Positions 47,909 through 58,196 of a stretch of DNA of 64,000 nt are shown here, one piece after another (the stretch's first letter is position 1; each line of letters opens with the position of its first letter). The stretch is taken from positions 1,736,001 to 1,800,000 of the forward strand of contig OZ374559.1 of the NCBI GenBank assembly GCA_977862235.1. Reading direction: 5' to 3'. The notes beneath the pieces are model-generated. The model searched no databases. It was given only the letters and a program-made list of their open reading frames with translations, and had not been told where the DNA came from. This DNA is from Dudresnaya verticillata (Eukaryota). Position numbers and translations under genes: made by a program.

Positions 47909-49052
47909 TATTGTTTTTGTCTTTTCTTGCTTTGGTGCGTTCCTCCCCTCTTTTCTTTTGCTGTGCTTAACATCATTTCAGTGCATAAGAGCACAGTGGG
48001 TTGGCACTGGGCGGAACATGGTTTCGTGCAGATACGATTTGAGCAAACCGTCAACGTTTTCAGAGATTTCCTCTTCAAGCAATGTACTCAATCAAATGAC
48101 CAGCTCTAAGCATAGCAGGTCTCTTCCTTGAAGAGTCTTCCAATTGATCTGCAATCATGGAATGCTATACACGTAAGAGAAAACCTGATTCCAGTGCAGA
48201 GATTGAAGGTTCAAGTCAAGTTGCGTGCGAATGAAACTCCCTTCCTGCGTTGGTGCAAGAGGTCTGCGCAAGGCATTATGCTCAACTAGGGGAACAATCA
48301 GCTTTCTGAAATATCAAACGGGGCAAAATAAGTCCCTTCAACTAGCAACTTCAGCGAAATCAAAAGAGTTATTGCATCACGTCTTGAACATGCCTTCAAA
48401 GCCGGTGGTAGCCGTTATTTTTGTACAGTATGGGAGCTCTGATGCACTAACCCCTCGGCGCAGCCCTAAGCTTAAACCGAACAACCTTAAGTTGGAAGAG
48501 TAATGAGCTCGTGTAACCACCGACAAAGCCACGTCTTGAATGTACACTCGAGAAGCCAGTTTCTTGACTCTGAACATTTCTCTATCAGTCGAGGCTTCTC
48601 AAGGTACAAATACCTATTCAAATGAATTTATAAAAAGTCCCCCCTCTCCGTGGTGCACAGTCCCATCAAGCTGCCTCCCAGAAATGCCCATGCACTGAAA
48701 CACGTTTGAACTAAAGAGAGCTTTCAAAGCCCACAATCAGAGTTTACGTTTTTTGTTCGACTGCAACAAGCCATAGTTTTGTAACGCCCGCCTTCCACCT
48801 CATCGCGGTACAGTCATAGAAATTCTCCCTCTACGACAGCTTTCTCTCCATGCACACACACACACGCACACACAATTTCTGTTGACTGCCTTCTTTTAGT
48901 AGCCTTGAAATAGAGCATGTACTTAAATTGGTAATCTTCATCCCTGATACCACGAACACCAGAGTGCGACGCCTGGTTACCGACCCTACCGATTCTGATA
49001 GTTTTGTTCACTATCAGGTCTAGCTTTCCATCAACGGCAGCTCCATCCTCCC

Positions 49053-50125
49053 ATGGCAATCAATATGTGTTCAGAAGACTCCTCTCCTGCCGAGCGGGGC
49101 AACATACCAACTCGCACCACGCCCTGGCGCAATATCATGAGGGGCTCTCTCAGTTCACTTTCGAACACACTTTCATCTCTTGTCGCGATTGCAAATAATA
49201 TCATCTCAGATCCAGCTCCCATCCGGGAGACAACTTCTGGTGTTATCACGTCACCACAGCCTGCGGTCGTCAATGATTCACAATCAAGCAGGATGTGTGC
49301 TTCAGGGGCAGGAACATTGAACCGTATAGAACTACTCCCTTGCAACCAGTCCATCGCCATCCTACACCGACGAGAATTCGATTTCCCGGGCTTTCGAAAC
49401 AAGAGAAAGCTTCCATCGACCGAGCATGTATCTCGCCCCCCGAATGATACCCCAAGATACAATGAAAACAATACTAGTCCAGCAGGGTCAGGCCTGCCTC
49501 CGCTTGTACCGCCTTCTTGCCGTCCCGGCTTTTCTCGTCGATATGGTTTGAAAATGTCCAAGGAAAAAAGAAGGGACCTTTCAAACATGAATCTTGGAAG
49601 GCATATCCCGTCTTTGACAGAGCTTCTCTCGAGCCCGGCGTCAGCTCATGGTGTGGTTACACGATATGGGAACAAACGAGCACGTCTACAGACAGCAAAG
49701 AGGGACGGTCCTTCGGATGTACTCGACAGCAATTGAGAAGGATGCGACGGAGAAGTGATCCACCCCTCCCCGAATCGACCTTGAGAATCCTGCTCAGAAT
49801 GCGACTGAGAGAGGAAAATCTCTCAAGTCGTTGGCGAATTGAAAAAAGGAGGGCTGCTAGGAACACTCGGGAATCAAAATCGGGGCTGGCTTTGATACCC
49901 CCGTCTTTGGTACGAAAGAGATTAGCTGTCCATGAAATGAACAGCGCGATTAATGGTGTTAAGAGGTTATCGATCAGCACACCGGGAGAGGGAATCAGCC
50001 GAGGGGCGGAAATAGAAAGAACAGCACACAATCTTTTCTGTGAATTTCCCTCTCGAGGGATAAAACGTCGCCATTCTCATATTCCAGAGAGTTTGCCGCT
50101 ATTGAAGCGACGGAGACTTCGATAA
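49053..50125 (+). pseudogene. Unknown basic 'X' protein, second copy
   Basis: Translations identical to 11138-12210. Confidence 0.55.
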
Positions 50126-52073
50126 TCAATCGTTTTTCCATTCTGTCACAGTAGGCGTTAATCGCCGCCTACTTTCAAGTTTTGCTACGGATCTTAGTTC
50201 TCTTTAGCTCTTTCCGGGCTATTTCTTGTTTTAATGAATAAAGGCCCATGTCTCTTAATAATTCAGAATGTAGACTCTGTACGAGACAGGTACTAGTCAA
50301 AGTTTTGTTATGGTTTTCCTTTTCAGTTATGCTTCGACTGCCTCAACGAAGAGCTCTTGTATGTATGTGGGAAAATGTCCTTGATATCCACACGGGAACA
50401 TTCTCAGCAAGTGTTTAACCTGACCATAAACAAGAAGTTCCAAAAAGGAATGGCGCCATAACTTCGTAAACCATATTTCAGCGTTGTCGCTGCCAATACG
50501 CTGCAACTATTTGGTTTCAATACCACTTCAGTTTTCCGTACCGTCGAGTTGCTTCACAAGTACATAGTTGTATTAGGCATAAATATCCGTTAATGGGCGC
50601 AATGTTTTCCTCCTCTTAGAAGTCGATGGGCACTGTTTTCGGTTGCCCTCGCTCCCCTGCAACCGGGAACGAAGCCTGCTTCTTAGCAGATCAAGCTGGA
50701 TTGTCCTTCCAGCCTTTCGCGATCTGGTTGTTGTGACCTTCTCAGAGATAGAAGCGGCGGAACCTTTTACCGGTCCACTTGCCAACTATTTTGGGCCTGT
50801 CGTGGCATTTTGTGCTATCAGGCTCCACGAAAACAGTGACACGTGGACCCAAACATCTTGGAAGGTCTCCGCGGTGTAACACAAAAATGTGAGGTTCGCT
50901 GTAACTGGCATGAGATTCAGTAGCCCTCAAGCCACGTTGTTGAGGGAGAATATCTTGATGAGCGGTTGAATCGACAGCGGACCGAGAGTCAAGCTTTAAC
51001 GTAGGTACTGTGACGACGTGTTGTTGTCATGAGAAGATACGATATATCTCGATATAAGCATACATATTGATATATCGACGCATCACAAATATGCATCCTG
51101 TTCGAACTGTACTACGTGATTACCTTTCGTATAAAGTTAGTCACTAAAGTATTGTCGCTAAATGTATAACGTCGACCAGAGTGAGCTTCGTTGCAGGTAA
51201 ACCGGAAACTGTTTTAGTACGTCTTTGGGATTTAGAACTGAACTTTCACGACGTGGGCACGAGTCCTCCCGGAAATAATACCCCAATCAGGACCGAGCAC
51301 CAGCCCTCCGTTGAGGAAGCTACCGCTGCTTCGAATATATGCGCCCCGACGTGCAATAGTGCAAACTAGGGTGGGCGGGCTGGGAAACGCAGACGAGAAA
51401 ACTAAGCGTGAACAAGAAAGGTAGATGCTGTGACGCTTAACCGCTTTTGCCTTCGAAGCAGTAGATCGCGAACGCGAAAAGGAAAAGTAAAAGGTTGGTA
51501 GAGAGAAAGTTGGGGCTGGCAAAGTGGAGGGCAAAGTCACGGCGTGGATGAGGAGTGGTGTCATGTCCCTCGTCGTCGTCGTTCGACGCCAGCGTGCTGC
51601 CTTTATTATTTCTACAGCCGGACGGCTCAAAGCGACCCACACTATTTGTGGCCCGCATGCTCGCGGGATCCGCTCCAAGTCAGATAGACCTGAACAGGTG
51701 GATGTGTTCACACCCGCCGTCCCACAGTGGGTCGGGGACGGGCAGAAAGTCGTTCAGGTCTGAACCCAGTTGTCAGGGGACCCTGAGCGTTAGCCAATAA
51801 GATGTAGAGGCTTGTCCGAAGGGACGCAAATTCGCATTGTCAGACCGGCAGTTCTGCCTTGTGCAGGTTCACCAGGTCTGTGCGCGATAGCCATGATCGG
51901 CCGTGGGGTCAGCCATTGTTCAGCAGTGCGTTCCCCAGCAGGCTCCCATTCTAGGGAATTCACCTGCAGCGTCGCGTGTGCGCGTTGGGATCCCATTGTA
52001 GGGAGTACTCCCAAACAGTGCGAGCGCTATGTGTAACAATGCTCACAAGTACGCGATTTGCGAGAAGCGGAAT

Positions 52074-52150
52074 AGAAGGCGAGTCCGAAAGCGAATCGGA
52101 AAGCGAATCAGAAAGTGAAGTAGAAAGCGAAGCGGAAAGCAGAAAGCGAA
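52074..52150. repeat. Degenerate hexamer repeat (GAAAGC/GAATCG)
   Basis: gaaagcgaatcggaaagcgaatcagaaagtgaagtagaaagcgaagcggaaagc. Confidence 0.75.
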
Positions 52151-53263
52151 TGGGCTGACGCAGCGTGATGCGACTACATTCGAATGGTGCCGCTTTAGAC
52201 AGCGCGATTCGGACTCACGGGTGGAAGAACAAGAAAGAAGATTCTCTTGTCTTCAATACAAGAGAATATTCATTTAGTTTGTGCACTACCTTCAAGAAGA
52301 CATTGCTCAATACGAGCATAGAACAATAAAAAGTTTGATAGGCTTCTAGACCTGCTATTGTTTGTATATAATGTTATCTATCTATGTCTATTGTAGAGAG
52401 TAATATCAAATATCGTTTAGTTCAGACTCTTAGGCTACGTGAACTGCTCGAGAGAGGCGTGATTATCCCAGCCAACTCTCCTTCGTATCTCATGGACGAG
52501 AGTGGATTCGCTCCCCCGGAGAGGAAAGTCCCCTTTGCATTGACATAGAAGCCAGCAGGGCGCCAGCACAAAAAGGCAACCAGCCCGACAAGAAAAATAG
52601 TCCTCCAACAGCCCGGAAGGCATGGCCTCTGCTTTTCTCTGCCAGAACGATGCACCATGGACCCTAACATAAGAACCTGTTCAGGATGCCCACCTCGCTG
52701 AACTTGGGATTATTGCAGAATTGTGTCCAGGAGTTTGCTTTTACCTACAACCATTTCACTTTAGTACTATGAAGTCCACGAAGGAACGGTGAATCTCTTG
52801 ATGGCGTAGAATTGTAAGTGCAAGTGCAGTGGGAAGTCAAGAAGATGGTCTCCAGTAGAGTTGCTGATGCAAGAGAAAAGCCAATGGCGAGTCTGCCTGC
52901 CTGGTGGCTAATCGAAGTGCAAAAGAAGAGACTACAACGTTGGCCTAACCGAGTCTTTTTCTTCGTGCCCGACTCGCACTTCCGCAACGGCGATGCGATG
53001 TAAGCGGTATCCTACGCACGGCAGAGGCAGTCCACTCGAACCGCACGGCTTCCCACGCCTGCGGCAGCATTCTCGCGCGAACCCTGAGACGCAAAACAGC
53101 CGATAGCCCCCGCGACGCCTGCCAAAGAGCCTGCACAAGACAAGACAGGCAGGCAGGAAACTTTATTACGCCATCCAAAAGAGGAAAAGCCGCCAACCCA
53201 GCGCACCCGCACGCTCACCCGGGTATATGTACAGCCAACAACCGCAGCCGCCCAACAAACATC

Positions 53264-54352
53264 TCACTTCCGCCGTCGCGCCGCAACCGCGTAGACTCCG
53301 CCAACCGCGCCCACAAGCCCCGTGACGATACCCACTACAATCCCCACAATCTCCAGCACTGACAGCCCCGCGCCGCCCGACGCCTTCTGAGTAGACGTGT
53401 CTGCCCCGCCGCCTGCGCTGTTCGAGGCCGCGTTGGCCGCGTTGGTTGCTGCTGCGGCAGCGGTGGGCTTCGAGGAGGTCGTAGTTGTTGTCGAACTTGT
53501 TGTCGTCGTGGTCAGCTTCGCGGTGGTCGTCGTTGAACGTGTCGTGGTCTTGGTCGTTACAGCTGCTGCCGTGGTCGTGGTTGTGGTCGTCTGCGCAGCC
53601 GTGCTAGTCGTTGTCGTGGTGGCCGTGGTCGTGGTGGGCGCAGCGGTCGTAGCTGCATCTCCCTTCCTCGTGATAACCGGCTTGGCCATATCATCGCAGG
53701 TACCCCAGTAAAAGTCTTCCTCGCCAATCGACGCGGGCCATTCCTTCTCAAACGAGTCGGGGCAATCCGCATGGTGCCTTTCATCCCTGATAAACGCCTC
53801 CGGACAGTAGCAGTTGTTGTTCAGGCGACACGTCCCCTTCGGACACTTTTCACAGTGCACAAGCCACTTTGCAGAGTAAGTGTTCGGACACCACCCCCCG
53901 AGCCCACGCAACTCCGTAAGCTCCGCCATGGTCATATCACAGCAGCTAACGGCGCTCTCACTCACCCTCGCCGCGTCCTTCTCACAGCTGCGCCAGTCCA
54001 TATCCTCCTTCCCAGCCGAGACGGGCCAGCCAGCCCCAAACGACCAAACGCAATCGGCCTGGTGCTCCCGACTACCCAGGAAGTGCGCGGCGCAGTAGCA
54101 CGAGTATCCCAGCCGGCACGCGCCGCGCGCGCACGCCTCGCACTTCTCCTTGCCGGGCTTGAGCCGCGCCAGCCGTTTGTTCGACGTGCACGCCGCCGCC
54201 TTCGCCAGCGCGCGCAGCTCCGGCTCCGCCAGCGCGCAGCACGGCGTGGGGGTGGGCTTCGCGGCGGAGCGTCGCGTGCGTGCCGCGCAGGCTGGCGCGG
54301 CCAGGGCCGCGAGCAGCAGCGCCGGCAGCAACAACAGCGGCGGCGCGCGCAT
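53264..54352 (-). CDS. Type I membrane protein, 362 aa: signal peptide, two Cys-rich repeats, Thr-rich stalk, C-terminal TM helix
   Basis: ATG at 54352 gives MRAPPLLLLPALLLAALAAPACA; repeat CC..C..CxxCxxGxCRLxxxCYC..HxADC..SF..WPxSxGxED..WxxC occurs twice; poly-Thr; IVGIVVGIVTGLVGAVGGVYAVAA-RRRK. Confidence 0.85.
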   Translation of the reverse strand: MRAPPLLLLPALLLAALAAPACAARTRRSAAKPTPTPCCALAEPELRALAKAAACTSNKRLARLKPGKEKCEACARGACRLGYSCYCAAHFLGSREHQADCVWSFGAGWPVSAGKEDMDWRSCEKDAARVSESAVSCCDMTMAELTELRGLGGWCPNTYSAKWLVHCEKCPKGTCRLNNNCYCPEAFIRDERHHADCPDSFEKEWPASIGEEDFYWGTCDDMAKPVITRKGDAATTAAPTTTTATTTTTSTAAQTTTTTTTAAAVTTKTTTRSTTTTAKLTTTTTSSTTTTTSSKPTAAAAATNAANAASNSAGGGADTSTQKASGGAGLSVLEIVGIVVGIVTGLVGAVGGVYAVAARRRK

Positions 54353-54799
54353 GGTGGGTGGCGCGCGGGGTGTCGGTGCTTCCGCGGGCTCGGTCGGCGC
54401 CGCCGCGGACAAGCCGCTGGCGAAGCGCGGGCATTTGTATTTCACCACGGGATGGTGGCGGCGCAGGTTGGAGGGTGAATGGGTTCGTTTTGCGTAGCGT
54501 GGCGGCCTCTCGGGGCGGTTGCTCGGGCGGCGAAGAGAGACGTGGCGCTGTTTCGTGGGAGTCTCTTTTTGTGGAGACTGCAGTATGACGTCGTCATTGG
54601 GGGTTTCCAAATTCGCGCAGGAATCCAGCGAGATTTGACGAAAACAGCTCACCGGAGAGAGACGTGTTGCCAGTCTGTTTGTTACTGCTCAACTGCTTGA
54701 ACGATAAATAGTAAAACAAATAGCTCGAACGGCAGTGCTTGAACGATAGACAGAAAACGAGTAGTAGTGGTTCAGCAATGAGTGAACAGATCTTCAAGC

Positions 54800-55760
54800 C
54801 AAGTTATTCAAGTTTCACAATATATACAACAAGCCACACCAGAGTCCATACCTACATTAACTCCGCCTCTCTCATGTTCCTTCCAGGCCATCTGAGAGGT
54901 AATAGCGCCTCAGCCAAGTCTAATCCTGAAAGAAAGCACTTCCTTTCGATACGTAGATACAATATTCACACATGGTCCCATGTGTAGCACTCGCCCCACT
55001 CACACGAGACCTAACGCAAGATCTTGACAAGGCCGATGCACAATTCTTCCGACTGTGCATCTCCCAAGCGTCACCAGTGGTTAGTGCACCTCGCTTACGC
55101 AAACTACGAGCCCTATTCATACTAGAGTCCCCAAAATTGCGACAAAGATCCCTACAACACAAACTCGTTCACAGCCTGCGCCGCTTGACCCAGCGGCAGA
55201 ACGTTCAAGCCTCATGATAGGCAAGTCGGACACTCACGGCGCTGTCAACCTTCCAACATCCAGGCATCCAAGATAGTCTGTACCAAGTTACGTTCCTCAC
55301 AACCCTCGCTATTAGAGAATGGACAATGGCGTTATCAGGAAGAAGGATGGCACCGGTTTACAAACACTACCGGCTACCGTTGGCTCTGCAACTTCCGGAC
55401 CATCAAGACAGGAAGCTAGCCACACGCTAGCACCTGGGGACCTTCCCGATCCCACCCAGCTGCCAAGCCGCAAGCCTCGCGCTGCGACCGCACGCACAGA
55501 CACTGTCACTTCTGTCACTCCAAGACCCCGACCCATCCGTTGCCGACCGCGTCTGCGACGCCCTGCGAGCCATCCGTCGTATATGCCTCGAAGAATACCG
55601 CTCACCGCATGCCACCCAGTAGACAGGCCCACCCACCACCACATCCCCACGCCGTAGAGTATCACCCCCCCCCCCCCCCCCATCAATCGACAGTGTGCGC
55701 AAATGGGCCAAAGTCGCCTACGCAGGACCACGTTAAACAACAAATAAAATACTACAACAC
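54800..55760 (+). pseudogene. Degraded LINE 3' remnant (tentative)
   Basis: Peptide similarity to 7860-7980 and an A-rich end with AATAAA near 55743. Confidence 0.3.
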
Positions 55761-56414
55761 ATGGTCCTCGGCATATCGCACCCAATCAACCTCTCCTTCC
55801 CTTTTTCCCAATCACTTGTTAAGAATCGCTCTCAGCCCGTTGTAGTCAGGGCGCTGCGAAAATGTGAGCCTGTCGATGCAGTCAAAGTACTTGAAGAGCC
55901 ACGGAGATTCATGGCAATTGATTCCTATCTCCTTAAATGTAGCAAGCTTCCCATAGTCCATCCTTGCAGTTGGAAGAAACACGGCTCCAAGGCAGTTCAC
56001 CTTTAGTCATCTCCAAGAGAACGTATCCAAGTGACTCAAGATCACTTGCCCGAGACTGGGGCTTGCACTGGTGTGCTGCCTTTGAAGCATAGAGAAGCGT
56101 TCCAAACACTTCTCGTTCATCTTGTTGCGGTGCGTTCTCCCAGCTTTCATATCCCACAGACATCCTAAAGTCAGCCAAGTACAGCTTGCCTTGACCATGC
56201 ACATCTGTCAAAAAGTTTCCTCCTTTCACGTCCCTGTGTACATATCCATTGTCGTGAAACTTTTCGAGGCAGGTCAGCGCTCCTATTCCAAAGGTCAAAA
56301 TACCGGTGAGGGTAAAGGTGCAATAGAAGCGTTGCCAGTGGTCGTGGACTGAACGAGAGAGAAGATCCATACCAAGTACCTCATACTTCCCTGCGACTAT
56401 GTCCTTTTGTATCT

Positions 56415-56740
56415 TGTAGACTACTCTCCAGCTTCGCACGTGCACACACCCGCGGGAATCGATCCCACGACCTCCATGGCGGACCAAATAAAAAGAAACC
56501 ACTAAGCTATTGCCGCTTCAGACTACTTACGACCTACTTAAGATCCTACTTAACTAGGTATCTACATGTAGATACCTACTGAAGTAGGATCTTAAGTAGG
56601 GAGCATCACAGCACTACACCAAGCAAAGCCACACTGAAGCGGCAATAGCTTAGTGGTTTCTTTTTGCTTGGTCCGCCATGGAGGTCGTGGGATCGAGTCC
56701 CGCGGGTGTGTGCACGTCCGAAGCTGGAGAGTAGTCTACA
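56415..56740. mobile_element. 326-bp fold-back (MITE-like) element with 107-bp inverted arms
   Basis: Arms 56415-56521 and 56634-56740 are reverse complements with about 4 mismatches; TGTAGA...TCTACA ends; interrupts the kinase frame. Confidence 0.88.
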
Positions 56741-56987
56741 ATCCCCAAGCTCGCGGCGTAAATCGATCTTCGGGTTCCTGACCATGGCGATCGGACAATT
56801 GTCGATATACGTTGTACTCACTTTGTAGTTGAAAGCGTTTGGGTTCCGGGTGCACTCCTTCCAAACTGCCTAGAGAAGCTTTCTTCGGCTCTCTCTCTCT
56901 CTTTCTCTCTGTTGGTTCTCTTTCTCTTCGCTCTTGGCGCTTTCTTGTCCTCTTTGTCCGAAGTTCTCGGGCGCTTCTGTTTCCGAC

Positions 56988-58196
56988 ATGCCCGATTCCG
57001 CCAGAAACCCTCGTGCCCCCTCCACATCTACTCATCCAGACTCTAAGTCTGCTACATTCACCGCCCTCACACATGCAGCCATTGATTTCCTCAGCATAAG
57101 TGCCCCCTTGTTGGCGACCGTCGATCTCGCTAACGACACCGCGATAGCTCAGTTCGCTGCTAGCCTGACGCAGTTGCCAGCTGTTCAAGGTTTACTTCCG
57201 CTGTTTCGCCGGGGAACCCAGTTCGGCGGTGTTATTCGCCTCTTATCGATTATCTCCGACCCTTCCGCCCATGTCATCTCTCCCGCCGCTGCTCCGTCCG
57301 CCTCTTCCACAGATGCGCCTCGACCCTATCTCGCCGCCCTTTCCACTCACCTGCCCAAACGTCCAGTCGGCCAGCTTCCTACGCTTGGACGTCATGGGAA
57401 TCAAGCTCCCACACATCCGTCTCAACAACCTATCTCTCGTCGCCTGGAGAGTGATGTCCGCCGTATTAACCGCACCGTCGTCGGATCACACGCTAAGCGC
57501 TTTGTTAAGGTTTCCACTGCCGCCAACGCTAGTCCTTTCGACTCCCCCGCTCACTTCCGCTCTGCCCTGAAAGTTGGGGGCTTTCCTGGCCCTTGTTCAA
57601 TCATCACCACGGATAGTGCACGAGATTTCTATGTTTGTGCGGGGACCGCAGACCTTCCTCATGTTGCTTCCGCGTATACTACATTTCGGGACTACGCGAA
57701 GGATGCTGATGCTGTTGTTGTCCCGACCATTTCGGTGTCGCCGGTCCTCGATTTGGCTACCTCCGTGACTGATTTAGACGATATCGCAGCCATTACTACC
57801 TCTCTCCGCACCGAAATCACCCGACTTGAAGCCCCTGATTGTTCTTGGCGACCTGCTCCCTTCTTCTCCGAAGCACTGCGCCATGTCGAAAGCTCTCTCT
57901 TTGCTAAGCTCGTCACAGCTGGTCGGGCGCAACAAGGTCATGCGTTCCCGCTTTGCGAGATTCCACTCGCCGCCAAGCGACGTCGGTACGGGTTACCCCG
58001 ATCTCGTCCTTGTGGAGATCCTGCCCTCGATTCGGATGGGTTCCAGCTGGTTCGTCGCTCGAATCGAGATGCTGTAGATGCCCCTCCCTTGGTTCCTAGC
58101 CGTCCTGCAATCTCGCCCCCTTCGCCATCCAATGACTGTCCTGGAGACACACCCATGGACACAGCACCTGAACCCGTTCTTTCCAGCCACCAATGA
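56988..58196 (+). CDS. LINE ORF1, 402 aa, no recognised domain
   Basis: First ATG at 56988; stop overlaps the ORF2 start (ATGA); homologous to 62804-63970. Confidence 0.8.
   Translation: MPDSARNPRAPSTSTHPDSKSATFTALTHAAIDFLSISAPLLATVDLANDTAIAQFAASLTQLPAVQGLLPLFRRGTQFGGVIRLLSIISDPSAHVISPAAAPSASSTDAPRPYLAALSTHLPKRPVGQLPTLGRHGNQAPTHPSQQPISRRLESDVRRINRTVVGSHAKRFVKVSTAANASPFDSPAHFRSALKVGGFPGPCSIITTDSARDFYVCAGTADLPHVASAYTTFRDYAKDADAVVVPTISVSPVLDLATSVTDLDDIAAITTSLRTEITRLEAPDCSWRPAPFFSEALRHVESSLFAKLVTAGRAQQGHAFPLCEIPLAAKRRRYGLPRSRPCGDPALDSDGFQLVRRSNRDAVDAPPLVPSRPAISPPSPSNDCPGDTPMDTAPEPVLSSHQ

Larger units (their letters stand above)
15988..51411 (+). repeat. Segmental duplication, copy B, expanded by three TE insertions
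   Basis: Offset to copy A steps from 15987 to 28881 after the gypsy, 33500 after YR element 1 and 37915 after YR element 2. Confidence 0.95.

Noticed and set aside
51976..52158. ES-repeat protein
   Set aside because: A 60-codon ORF kept open only by a hexamer repeat.
54353..54652. N-terminal 100 aa of the 462-aa ORF
   Set aside because: Non-ATG start upstream of a clear signal peptide; probably promoter or UTR.
55665..55681. Poly-C run
   Set aside because: Isolated homopolymer with no other structure; its length may be unreliable.
56634..56712. Functional tRNA gene
   Set aside because: A and B boxes are present, but there is no anticodon arm or acceptor pairing and a T5 run follows the A box.
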